DNA of 56,452 bases, taken from assembly GCF_001194135.2 (NCBI RefSeq), contig NC_068981.1, forward strand, positions 122,942,371 to 122,998,822. The letters run 5' to 3'. The notes beneath the pieces are model-generated. The model was not told the DNA's origin and ran no database searches. It saw only the letters and a program-made list of their open reading frames with translations. The first letter of the stretch is position 1. Each line of letters starts with the position of its first letter. Of the stretch, positions 10,536 through 23,756 are shown one piece after another. This DNA comes from Octopus bimaculoides (taxonomy: Eukaryota). The position numbers and the translations under genes were made by a program.

Positions 10536-13494
10536 CCTTACACACACACACGCACACACACAGACACACACACACACACACACACATACATACACATGCA
10601 TATATATACACATATACAAATATATNNNNNNNNNNNNNNNNNNNNNNNNNNNNNNNNNNNNNNNNNNNNNNNNNNNNNNNNNNNNNNNNNNNNNATATAT
10701 ATATATATATATATAAATTTGCCTCTAAGCGAATGTAGAACTAAACCGGAGAAACCTACGTAATGCTGCATTCCATTATAACACTTCATGCCGGCTGTTA
10801 CTTTGAAGTTTGTATGGATTACAAGTTTAAACATAAATCTATTGTTCAAAGCAAATGTCTCTTGCTATGTCTTGTGTATCAACTTGTTGACGGAACGTAT
10901 GGAGATCCTTTTGTATGTGCGTTTCAATGTGTGTGTGTGTGTAGATGTGCTTATATGTGTATGTGCTTATATTTATGTTTGTCTATGCATGTCATTACAT
11001 TTGATATTGAAATAACAGTGCCTGTGTTCGTGTCACATGAATTAGAAGAGTCATTAACTGTGAGAGTAAAATAAATTACCAAACTGGAGTTAATATGCTT
11101 GACTAAACCCTTTAAGATGAACATTCTAGGGTGGTCGAAATCCCATGACTGGATAGTATCGCATAAAACTGAACATACCTGTACGGAAATTAAATTTGGG
11201 GAAAGTACATAAAGCTGATGTTTACTTGAAAACTTTCATATTTGCAATTGTTCACTTTCTGATATAACGTCAGATATTTATGTCATGAATATTAGCTATA
11301 AACTCTATTCGGTGCAGATATTGAAGTGTTTCAATTTATCTTCATTCCGGGCACGTCGTGGAAAATCCGAATTTATATTTATTAAGTATTCTCCTTTACA
11401 AATATTAGCTTCAGCTCTAATAACACCACATGCGTATAAACTAATGGTCTACGTGTGTTTTGTATCTATTCAAACAGCTACAAATGCTACTAATAAGCTA
11501 TAGTTTTATGTACTTCTCTTGCATTAAAAGTTGTAGCTGTTCTTTAGCACCTAACATAGATCAAATATTGCCAAAACAAAAATAAGCTTTCTACGACAAT
11601 ATTCCATTATAAACATCATGTTTAGACATTTTTTTCTTTCTTTAGAAGAAATCTGTTTCAATAGAACCCCGTTCAAATGGTGCGCGGTTCATTTTCATGG
11701 TCGATAAATGTGAGGCAATAGAGTTAGAGATTGAAATAAATTGAGTTGTAAAAGATTCCAGTCATGTTTACGAAATAAAAGCTTCAACTGAGTTCAGTAT
11801 ATTTAATTTACTTATATTGTTTATCTGCTAATGTAGAAATGGAAACATATTAAGATGAATTGAAAACATACCAGGACTCATCTCCATGCATTGTTCTATT
11901 TCCTCTTTCAATTTACTGGTTTCTGCAGTAATAATAGATTTTTCTTAAGCATTTACTTTACAGGAAGTCAGTAGTGTTGTGGTTAATTTAAAACATCATT
12001 TTTCAAACGGGAGTACAAAAGTTATGCAGACATCTCGCTGTAATTCAGCTCATTTAAAATACAGCGATATTTGTATGAGAAAACGCAAAAATAGACATAA
12101 GGCATTCACCAATTAGAAAATAACCATGAGCTTACTATCTAAGCTCACCATGTATTTTTCGTTTGGAAACCAACAGAATTATTTATTCATTCGTCGTAGA
12201 TATAGTTTGACCCTGCAGAATAAAACAAATATGTCTTGGCCCGTCCATGTATAATGAATCAATGAATATATTGGAAACATTTGAAAATTCTTGTGTTATT
12301 TACCTGAGTTAACAGGAGATAATACAAACATCACAGCAGATAAGTATACAGAAATTTCTGCATGTATTATTCATACGTATATGAATAATGAATAGCTGTG
12401 CATACCTAGGGCACTTTTGATGAAAGTGCTTTGGAATTGTGTAGAGAATGCCATTAGAATTGTTATGACGCTATAGTTGAAATCATCTTATGAATTCTAT
12501 ACATTGGGCAAATAATTTTAATTATAATCTTTGATCGAAACGTAGAATGTGCATCTGTTCTTTCGTTATAAAACTAATACATCACTAGGTTAAGTTATAT
12601 GCCACAACCAAGACAAATTATATAGTTGAGTCCACTATGTTACAAGAATTTGAAATGTATCACTTAGAGTTGTGATATCAATTTCCTCCCATTTACTCAT
12701 TTATCTCTGATGAAAAGTTTTAAAAGAAGTTTTAAACGAAATTGCAATGAGAAGACGAATTACATCCGCTGATCATATCCTATACGTTTAGTATAATTTC
12801 ACGACGAATAAATGAAACAAGGCTGTGTATGATAAATTACCCAGAAATAAATTATAATGTATATAGGTAAATGTGTTGTTGAAAATGCACCTAAATTTCA
12901 AAAGCCCATAAATGTTAGAAATACATTTATTTACATATATACCAAACTAGTTTCAACAATATTTTTTGTTTATCAGTAGCAAAGGAGTTTGAAATTAGAA
13001 AAAACATCGTTAAAAGTTTCAACGTTGACAAATCAATATGTTTCAATGTTGATAAATTATCATGTTCAAAACAGGTGTAAGTTTGAAATTAGAACTGTAT
13101 ATCAATTTGTTAGAATTTACAAGGTTCATTCATTTTGATGGTGGTCGACAAGTCATACTGAAAAAAAACCAAAGAAACAAGTGTGAGAATTAAAATAGTA
13201 AACAAGGGAATTTGGTTTACGGAGAGGTACTGAGACGAAGCTAGGGCGTTTAACGTGGGAACCGAAGAAAATCAAAGTCGAGAAAAAGCCTAGGTGCTAT
13301 AGAGGATTCATAGGCTTAATGCCCCATCATCTTTTGCTTAATGTCGTGAAATGATTATTTAGAATTTCACTGCCAAAGCGTGATAAATCGAAATAAAAAA
13401 AGACAAAAATTATTACAAGCTTTTCGTTTAGCGCACAAAATTTAAATATAGATTTCATATTTTGGTACATGACTAGGAATTTCGGGGAGTACAT

Positions 13495-13670
13495 AAACCA
13501 ATTACATTGACCACTAGTGTTCAACTGGTATTGTTTTTATCGACTCCAAAAGGATGAAGGGCAAATTTGACCTCGGCGAAATTTGAACTGAGGACGTAAC
13601 GACGCACAAAATGCCACGAATCCTTAAATATAAATACATGACGGTACATCCAATTTTGGTGCACCGCCTG
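13495..13670 (-). mobile_element. tRNA-derived SINE, decayed
   Basis: The reverse complement contains a B-box-like GTTCAAATTTCGCC followed by GAGGTCAAATTTGCCCTTCATCCTTTTGGAGTCGAT, matching a recalled abundant Octopus SINE. Confidence 0.65.
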
Positions 13671-14485
13671 TACTGTGTATTAATGAGTTCGTTATTACTT
13701 TTTTTTATTTTCAAATGAAGGTGTTATTTATAAAATCTTGTTTTAAAAACTGAATATACCATTGACAGAATTGGAATGAAATGCGCTATTAAATAGAAAT
13801 TTAATTTGCTAAAGGATGGACAATTGAAATAGAAAAAGGAAAATTCTCGATGGTTCAATATTTGGAAAATAATTGTAACATTGATTTAATTGAAAAATAT
13901 TGCCTAAAGGGATATATTTCGAACAAAGAAATAAAAATTTTTAACGTACCTGGGAAATCATATATTTAGAAGAATGCAATCAATAATTATGAGAATGGAA
14001 GTGAAAAAGAGAGGCTGTTAATATTGCGGTTTTGCTGCTGTTTTTGGTAAATTTAGAGAACTTGTTGAGAGGAATACTTCTCAATTGGGGAGATAAATAT
14101 AGAATTATGTCAGCTGCTTCGTGCACATGTATTCAAACAATCAATGTATATGAAGAGATGATAAACATAATTTAATTTCATATTGTAATGAAATATGAAG
14201 GGAGTCAATTAAGAGCAAGTTGTAGTAAAATTTTGCCTACAATTTACCGAGAAAATAAATTTTACACTTTCACAGTAAGTGTGAAAAATGGCTTCATACA
14301 TAAAATGTTTGAAAGTGATTTGGTTGATTGGTTTATGTGACATATAGAGCCTATTTCTAGCCATTTGGGAAGATATGGATTCAAGTTAACGGTGAACGAT
14401 AGATATTTGACGAAAAATGTTTCAGCCACGGAAACTATACATACGTGTGCCTGTGCATATGAGTGTTTGTGTGTGAGAGAGAGAG

Positions 14486-14520
<35 letters not shown>

Positions 14521-15414
14521 AAAGAGAAAAAGAAAGAGATGGGGGCAGGGGACAGGGGGACAGGAGNNNNNNNNNNNNNNNNNNNNNNNNNNNNNNNNNN
14601 NNNNNNNNNNNNNNNNNNNNNNNNNNNNNNNNNNNNNNNNNNNNNNNNNNNNNNNNNNNNNNNNNNNNNNNNNNNNNNNNNNNNNNNNNNNNNNNNNNNN
14701 NNNNNNNNNNNNNNNNNNNNNNNNNNNNNNNNNNNNNNNNNNNNNNNNNNNNNNNNNNNNNNNNNNNNNNNNNNNNNNNNNNNNNNNNNNNNNNNNNNNN
14801 NNNNNNNNNNNNNNNNNNNNNNNNNNNNNNNNNNNNNNNNNNNNNNNNNNNNNNNNNNNNNNNNNNNNNNNNNNNNNNNNNNNNNNNNNNNNNNNNNNNN
14901 NNNNNNNNNNNNNNNNNNNNNNNNNNNNNNNNNNNNNNNNNNNNNNNNNNNNNNNNNNNNNNNNNNNNNNNNNNNNNNNNNNNNNNNNNNNNNNNNNNNN
15001 NNNNNNNNNNNNNNNNNNNNNNNNNNNNNNNNNNNNNNNNNNNNNNNNNNNNNNNNNNNNNNNNNNNNNNNNNNNNNNNNNNNNNNNNNNNNNNNNNNNN
15101 NNNNNNNNNNNNNNNNNNNNNNNNNNNNNNNNNNNNNNNNNNNNNNNNNNNNNNNNNNNNNNNNNNNNNNNNNNNNNNNNNNNNNNNNNNNNNNNNNNNN
15201 NNNNNNNNNNNNNNNNNNNNNNNNNNNNNNNNNNNNNNNNNNNNNNNNNNNNNNNNNNNNNNNNNNNNNNNNNNNNNNNNNNNNNNNNNNNNNNNNNNNN
15301 NNNNNNNNNNNNNNNNNNNNNNNNNNNNNNNNNNNNNNNNNNNNNNNNNNNNNNNNNNNNNNNNNNNNNNNNNNNNNNNNNNNNNNNNNNNNNNNNNNNN
15401 NNNNNNNNNNNNNN

Positions 15415-15480
<66 letters not shown>

Positions 15481-17029
15481 TATATGTATATATATGATGG
15501 CTTTGCATATAATCATGCGCTGTGCAGAAAGTATAAAACAACAGAAATAACAGATGTACTAATATGTTAACATCAAGTGTGTGTGAGTGAATGCGTTTGT
15601 GTGTGCTTATCTTGGTATGATTATGTTTTTGAGTGCATGCGTATACGCGCGCATTATGTATTTTGTGATTATATTCAATAACGAACAACATTTCCAATAT
15701 ATTTACTTTATCGAATTCATCGAAGCTGCTTTCGTCTCAAGAAGAGAATTGGACGTCATTGAATATGTACACATTATGATATCCACCTTCGCTCAAATAT
15801 GTACAAAGCAATATTTGTTTTATAATGTGGATGCATGCGATTATGTGTTAATTTCAGTGTATATTCTCATACGCATACATAAGTATATACTTATACACGT
15901 ACATATAAAAATTGACAGGTTAATATACGATATATAATATAATACACACACACATACATACACATATATATAAATGTATGTATGTATTCATATATATATA
16001 TATATATATATATATANNNNNNNNNNATATATATACACACACAAACATATATACATAATCATAAACAATATATGAGTATATGCATATATATGTACATGTA
16101 TGTACATGCCTTCATCAACATGTACATATAGATACATATCTGGGTACGTGACGTTGCAAAAGAACATGGACAAAATGATAAAAAAAGGTACAACAAACAA
16201 GCAGGCCACATAGAGAACATATCCTTCATCAGCTGCTACCATTAAAACACCGGCGTTTCGAAGAGTTAGGGCATTTTGACACTGCATACAATATCGGTTA
16301 AGAAAACCGTTATATAGTAAGGTAAGTAGTGTTGTTAACTTAGGATATTAACCTAGAATGTTAAGTAGCGACAAACAATCGACGCTGTAATTTCAATAAA
16401 AACCATTGGACTTTTAAAAGTAAATAAAACGAAGAAAGAAAATAATCTGTTATATATTATAATAAAAAATTATAAATTAATGGTCTAAGAGAGGTAGATC
16501 TAGTAAATAATATTTCTGAATTATATATAATCGACTCAAAGGTGCATAATCATATCAAATAATTATATTTCATTTTAAGTTTAGAACAGTAATGAGACTT
16601 GTTTTAAGGTTATGTAAACAAGATAAATTAGAAAATATAAATTATATATAATAATAAATAAAATAAATTAGGTTACATTCAGATCGGAGCTATCAAAGTT
16701 TTAGAAAAAATATATTATTTCAGCTTAGTAATGGGATTCAAATACAATATTAAAAATAATATCAAAAGAAGGAATGGATTTAATCGATAAAGTAAAAAGT
16801 AAACAATTATTATGATGTAATCGTTACTATCTCACGTATAAATATCAATGAAAACAAAAACAAAACAAAATACGAACTACACGTGGAAATGTAAGGGGAA
16901 AGTAAGAAGAAAAATAAGCGAAACTACACATTGGAACTAAAAAAAAGTAAAGGCTTTTTATGAAAAGTAACGATAGATATATACAATTAGATGAACTGAG
17001 GTAGGAATAAAAGTCATTATTCTGAGTTG

Positions 17030-17612
17030 TTAAAGAGATTCAAAAGCATGCCGGTTTCGTTATGTTACTAATCATTCTTTTGAATGCACCGGTGTCAGGT
17101 CTACTAGTCCCTGAGTTAAAAGATCATGTGTAAGGGAGGTAATTAGTTCTGGATTTGGTGCAATTAGGGTCGATCTAAATCTGTAATGTGAATGGTGTAT
17201 GGGATGTTGGGGGTTAGTGGTAGTGTTCTGTATTATGTTATGTGTTCATATTTAGTTGTGGAAGATATTTATTGAAGAAAGTTGCCTCTTTATTCATTCT
17301 TTATTGTATTGAGGTGTTCTGTGAACATTGATAGAAGGGAAAAATTAGGAAATTAGGATTAAGATTCCTCGCACACCTTTCTATGTGCCCACTGACCTGT
17401 ATCTGTCTGTATTGTGGGTGGCGGATTTGTTCTCTGTGGAGAGCGGTTGTTCGACAGAGTGGTATTGCTGTTTGGACAATATAATTATTATCACACCCTA
17501 AGCATGTAATGGCATAGATTAGATTTTCCGAGGCACAGGTGAAATTTGATTTAATCGTAAATATTTCACCTTGAATATGGTCAGCGTGAGTAAAAATGTC
17601 CGTAGACTGCAT
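17030..17612 (-). mobile_element. Penelope-like relic: GIY-YIG endonuclease and 3' region with a degenerate hammerhead
   Basis: ORF 17301-17612 reads FTCASENLIYAITCLGCDNNYIVQT...LHREQIRHPQY (Neptune-type TCxSxNxIYxIxCxxCxxxYIG). A downstream 9-bp ATTCAAAAG/CTTTTGAAT stem encloses ATGATTA...GAAACCGG. Confidence 0.75.
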
Positions 17613-18759
17613 ATATTATATTATATGTATGTCTAAAAGTTATACACGAAAGAATAGCCCCAAAGTGGTGTTCCAACACCACGCTTGAAATAGGAGTTAA
17701 ATCGCAAACCACGAAAAAAGCTAATTCTTATTTTACCACGTTGAATGTAGGCAGGCATGACAATTTGAGAGAATTAAAAAATGATTAGTCATTCCCTTAC
17801 TTCGAAGTTTCGCCCTTAATGATTAATTAATACACTAATGAATTAGTCAGTCAATCAATGCATTACAAATGATGAAGATGCTATCTAGTCTCTGAGTCAT
17901 CCTCCCATTTCGCTATAATCGTGTTACACATATAGAAGGCTCTTTGGCGAATTAAGCTTTTTATACTCTTCTGCTGTGCTTATAGTTTGGGCTTCGTGTA
18001 AATGACGAAATGAAACATCTAATTTAATATGATATTTGATGAAGAATGTCCTACAAAGTTATGTCACTCAAATTATTAAGCTCATACTCTCAATTATATT
18101 TTCACTTAATCCCTTATGCCCTTAATTTCCAAGTATCTTTCCAGTTATCGCCTTTTGTGTTAATGAATTGCATTTAAGATCTGTATTTACCTTCAATTAC
18201 AAGCATTTCATGTCTCCTTCTGAATGTACGCTGTTTATTCATCCAGTAGGATTTAATTCATTACTCGTCTTCATTTGTTTCCTTTAGTTATCTGAATTCT
18301 AAGTTAATTTCATACACTGCCAATTTACTTGATATTAAGGTATCGCCGCGTACTTACTTTCCTTTAGTAATTACGATTTTCAAACGCAAATATTCCCAGC
18401 CTAAACAAAAGTAAACTTTTTAATTATAAACTCGTATAATTTTCATTACAGAAGCGCTGCTGTCCTCAGAATCTTGCCATCATTTGTAAATTCTTAACGT
18501 GAAATTTATTTTACTAATGATTTCCATGTTTCACTGAAATTACTGAACATGTATGTCATTGAGAAAATACTATTCCTATTATGGAACAGCACATGAATGC
18601 AAGATTTTCGCAACTCTTCTGTATTACGTAGGTTATCTCCATTTCCTAAATTATACAAGGCGCGCCAGTTTTGTGAATTCTTTTGTATGAATTTAGCAAA
18701 ATATGCATACCTTATCGAAGAAAAACTGTATTTGAATACAAATTGGTACAAGTAATCTT

Positions 18760-19700
18760 GAGAATATTCTTATTGTATTTATTCAATGAAACCACCGTTA
18801 GCCTTGATGAGTGCTTCAGAACGGAGTTATAAGTAGTGGCATGCCCAAATCAGATGATATTTATTAAGTCTGTACAAAGCGCTAGTTACGGCGCACTTGA
18901 GAGATTGTATGGTGTTATAGGGTTTTTCCACGACCTGATTCTAGACTCGGCCCTATAACCAATAGTACTGAATATTGGGGTTTGGTAAGCTAGGAAGCCA
19001 AGCCTTCTGGGAAAGTATGATCATGGTGACTGGCACGCATCTACACTTAGGATGACCTAGCCTTATGAGATTGTACTGAGTCTTATTGGAAAACCTATAG
19101 TCTTCCTTTGGGCACTCTGTCGATCCAGAACCCAACAAATTTCTCCAACAGCTCTGTGCTGCTTAAGCAACGGCCTTGACTCATAAACCCTGAAAAAAAT
19201 ATGAAGAGATATGACATCCTCTTCGTTGTTGACGACTCCCCCAAAACATCACAGCTGCTAGGAACTTAGCACGCATGAATGTTAGAAAATTATTCAGGTC
19301 CTTGCATAAGCATCGAAGAAAAACCAAAGACTCTTGGTGTTTTAACTTCTTCAGAAAGTATTTTGCACGGATCGAGTGAATATTTCGTGCCACATGCGAC
19401 ATGAACTGATCTCTTCGCATGACATACCACTTGTAGCGGATGTCCTCATGCAAAGTTCTTCTCAGGCTGCATTTTTGAAATCTTGGTACATTTTGCAAAT
19501 GATTCTGATTAACGTTTCGAAGTTTTATGGATTATTTCTTGGACATTTTGTATAAAGTTGTATTATGATGGTAGTAGAACCCTTTGCATATGTTTTGCGT
19601 TCAGCTGCTGATGTCCGACTCTCGTCAACAGCTTCCAGCTCCAATCGAACTTCGACAACGAAGGCTCAGCAGCTTTTAGGTAGTGAGCTATCTATGAATC
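18760..19700 (-). mobile_element. Decayed Tc1/mariner, maT (DD37D)-like
   Basis: Fragments: VEVRLELEAVD, LHEDIRYKWYVMRRDQFMS, KFLAAVMFWG, WLPSLPNPNIQYYW (decayed WPPSSPDLNPLDYYVW). The spacing cannot be counted because of frameshifts. Confidence 0.7.
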
Positions 19701-19926
19701 CTTACACTAAACATTTTAAACAAGGATTACAGTCTCTCTTTCCATTTACTAAATCATCCTGATATCTGACATCATTTATCACAAAAGTAAAGTGGAAAAA
19801 TAAAGAAAGAGAGGTGTCCTCTAAACACTGACGTATCTTGCACGTTCACTTAATAAAGAAATCATTATTTGTTAGACATAAGTGATTTGTATTAAGACGC
19901 CGAAGCATCACTATACATAAATACAT

Positions 19927-19970
<44 letters not shown>

Positions 19971-21069
19971 NNNNNNNNNNNNNNNNNNNNNNNNNNNNNN
20001 NNNNNNNNNNNNNNNNNNNNNNNNNNNNNNNNNNNNNNNNNNNNNNNNNNNNNNNNNNNNNNNNNNNNNNNNNNNNNNNNNNNNNNNNNNNNNNNNNNNN
20101 NNNNNNNNNNNNNNNNNNNNNNNNNNNNNNNNNNNNNNNNNNNNNNNNNNNNNNNNNNNNNNNNNNNNNNNNNNNNNNNNNNNNNNNNNNNNNNNNNNNN
20201 NNNNNNNNNNNNNNNNNNNNNNNNNNNNNNNNNNNNNNNNNNNNNNNNNNNNNNNNNNNNNNNNNNNNNNNNNNNNNNNNNNNNNNNNNNNNNNNNNNNN
20301 NNNNNNNNNNNNNNNNNNNNNNNNNNNNNNNNNNNNNNNNNNNNNNNNNNNNNNNNNNNNNNNNNNNNNNNNNNNNNNNNNNNNNNNNNNNNNNNNNNNN
20401 NNNNNNNNNNNNNNNNNNNNNNNNNNNNNNNNNNNNNNNNNNNNNNNNNNNNNNNNNNNNNNNNNNNNNNNNNNNNNNNNNNNNNNNNNNNNNNNNNNNN
20501 NNNNNNNNNNNNNNNNNNNNNNNNNNNNNNNNNNNNNNNNNNNNNNNNNNNNNNNNNNNNNNNNNNNNNNNNNNNNNNNNNNNNNNNNNNNNNNNNNNNN
20601 NNNNNNNNNNNNNNNNNNNNNNNNNNNNNNNNNNNNNNNNNNNNNNNNNNNNNNNNNNNNNNNNNNNNNNNNNNNNNNNNNNNNNNNNNNNNNNNNNNNN
20701 NNNNNNNNNNNNNNNNNNNNNNNNNNNNNNNNNNGTTATCCCACCGATCTTGATCTGCGATACGTACGGACCCGAGTTTCAGGGTTATTTCACTTCTTTA
20801 GCGTACGATAATCGCCGACCTTCGATGAGAAGGACATTCTCTTGGCAAAATATAAGTCTTTTTCCAGTGAAGTTCTTCACTGATATCGAAAAAGTGAAAA
20901 CAAGCAATGTTGAATCTCTGAACGAGGTATTAACAGTAACTGCACAATAAAGTGAAGTATATTTGCCATTTAGACAGGACACAGATGTGTGTCGATAAGC
21001 CAGCTGGAGGAGATGTTCTCCTGGGGCTAAAAGCAACAGTAACATCCACCCTTAGGGGTCAGCCACATT

Positions 21070-22300
21070 TAAATGTGACATCTGCTCATTTTGACATCTG
21101 CTCATTTTACGTGCCATTACTATATTTTGACTATCTTCAGTTTTTGTTAGAAAGCTGACACAATCATTTCTTCATTCTAACTGATTTTGCGCTTTATACA
21201 GTATTTGTAAATCATTTTTTGCTATTTTTGTCTAGAGATGGCGAAGTCGGAAATTCGTTCAGTTTTGAAATATTAGTTCTTTCTTGAGAATACAGCTCGG
21301 AATATTAATGGAGTATTTCATTCTAATGTCATTACACAGCAGACAGTATTAAAATGGTTTGCAAATATTTGTTCTGGTAACTTTGACTTCACAAATGAGT
21401 AACACAGTCGACCAGAAACAAAGGTGGATAATGACGAACTGAAAGCCACCTTCCAGTCAGATCCATCTGAAAGTGCTCGTGAATTATCGTTGTTGTTCGG
21501 TGTTAGGAAGCAAACAATATTGACTCACCTAGTTCAAGTCGGTAAAGTAAAGAAGTTGGATAAGTGGGTTCCACATGAACTCAATAAAAATCAGAAACAG
21601 CAACCTTTGGAAGCATGCATTATGCTAATTTCTCGTCACATGAATCAATTTTTAAAAATCGAACTACAACATGTGAGGAGAAATGAATTCAATACAATAA
21701 CTACAATAACCGTAAACGTTCACCACTATGGTTGGAGAAAGACGAACTACAAAAACACAGTCCAAAAAGAAAAATTCATCAAAAGAAGCTGATGGTGTGT
21801 GTTTGGTGGTCTGCGCAAGTGTAATCCATTGTGATTTCATTAAACCTGGCTCATCAATCACAGCCGAAGTATACTTCAGCCAACTCGACCAAATGATGCA
21901 GAAACTTGTAAAAAACAAAACAACTGAGATTAGTCAAATGATCCGCTACAATTTTATTGCAAGACAAGCCATACCACACGTCGTCAAAATGACATTGGAA
22001 AAACGACAGGAGTTGCAGTTGAAAGTTCTCCATCATCCACCACTCACCTGATCTTTCCGCCACTGACTACCACTTCTTCCAGAATTTGTATAACTTTTTG
22101 ATAAGAAGAGAATACAATTCTGACGATGTTGTAAAACAGGCCTTCCAAGACTTTATTGACTTTAGATTTCTAGGCTTTATCAATTCCGGGCTGGACAAGC
22201 TACCACTGAAATGGCAAAAGTGTATTCACAATATAGGTGCATACTTTGGTGAATAAAACGATGCCTTGTATTTATAAAACATTGGGGAACTTTTTTTGTT
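21070..22300 (+). mobile_element. Decayed mariner transposon (DD34D, Hsmar1/cecropia-like)
   Basis: ATG at 21238, then DNDELKA...KVKKLDKWVPHELN, KKLMVCVWW, and HPP-SPDLSATDYHFFQNL. Multiple stops and frameshifts. Confidence 0.88.
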
Positions 22301-22383
22301 TTCTACAAATTTCATACTTGACTATCTAATATATATATATAGATACATACATACAAATATACATGCATACACACACACATACA

Positions 22384-22439
<56 letters not shown>

Positions 22440-22849
22440 CTTATANNNNNNNNNNNNNNNNNNNNNNNNNNNNNNNNNNNNNNNNNNNNNNNNNNNNNNN
22501 NNNNNNNNNNNNNNNNNNNNNNNNNNNNNNNNNNNNNNNNNNNNNNNNNNNNNNNNNNNNNNNNNNNNNNNNNNNNNNNNNNNNNNNNNNNNNNNNNNNN
22601 NNNNNNNNNNNNNNNNNNNNNNNNNNNNNNNNNNNNNNNNNNNNNNNNNNNNNNNNNNNNNNNNNNNNNNNNNNNNNNNNNNNNNNNNNNNATATATATA
22701 TATACATATACACATAGACATATATGCACACACATACATAGGTAAATATATATACACGCATACATAGGTACATATATGCAAACAATCTTGATAGTATTGA
22801 CTATACCCTTTATCTTATTTTAATTTTTTTTTTTTGCAGATTTAATGCA

Positions 22850-23452
22850 TGATACCACCTCCTACAGCGGAGTTTTGCAAAGGAAGGGCAGAAATCCACG
22901 GCGAGATGAAGGAGGTCTCGAAAGATGTGTTTCGATCTTACTCACAGTGCAAATCTGTGTCCTTGTTTCGGAAAGCTGAACCAGGATGTTCTATTTTTGA
23001 AGAACAATGAACTAACACACAAAGCAGATTTCGACAGCCTGTATACGATACACAACTGTCCTCAGAATTTTGTCTTCCTTGGTCTCTGTTGGGGTGGGGG
23101 ATAATTTGTATGAGTCTCCCTCAACGGAAAATATGCAACTTTGACTTCGAATTGAAAGATTACATACCTTACTCTCCTGACTTGACCCCTCCGACTCTTA
23201 CATCTTTCCACGGCTGAAAAAAACATCTCATGAGAACGAAATTTCACTCCAATTGCAAGTAATCGCTGCTACAGAAGTCTGGTTGGAGGTTCAACATTCC
23301 GAGTTCTTTTTACCGGACTTAGAAAACCTGAAGAACCGATGCAATAAGTCTGTGAATGTGAGACCAGAATATGTTGAATAAAGTCATAAGTAACTTATCC
23401 TCCTGTAGTTTCTTTTACCCAAAGCCAGGAACATTTCAGCAACCCATCATAT
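22850..23452 (+). mobile_element. Internally deleted mariner relic
   Basis: N-terminal AEIHGEMKEV...SYSQ...FRK and C-terminal EFF...LENLKNRCNKSVNV..EYVE*, followed by a TIR-like GGAACATTTCAGCAACCC. Confidence 0.6.
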
Positions 23453-23483
23453 ATGTATATATGTATGTATGTATGTATGTACT

Positions 23484-23589
<106 letters not shown>

Positions 23590-23756
23590 TGTAGATAAAT
23601 ACAACGATAAGTGTGGGTGAGGAGCTTGAGGAGTCTGACGCATGTCGTAGTCAAGTACCAATCAATTTTGAACAATAATATATCAATTGATTCATTGTAT
23701 TCTTTTTCATTTCTTCTTTCGAAGTGTCATTTTCTATAATATTCACACTTTAAGTC

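Noticed and set aside
16205-16275. Minus strand GAAACGCCGGTGTT followed by CTGATGAAGG...CCT
   Set aside because: The hammerhead boxes are in permuted order, no helix I or II pairing closes a valid fold, and no GAAA follows CCT.
17665-17682. Perfect palindrome GTGGTGTT-CC-AACACCAC
   Set aside because: A single 8-bp stem is expected occasionally by chance and has no supporting context.
20735-20950. Open frame after a gap (ICDTYGPEFQGYF...)
   Set aside because: No recognisable homology, and the 5' part is hidden in the gap.
22822-22990. Strong acceptor TTTTTTTTTTTTGCAG followed by an open frame
   Set aside because: The downstream sequence is better explained as a mariner N-terminal HTH relic.
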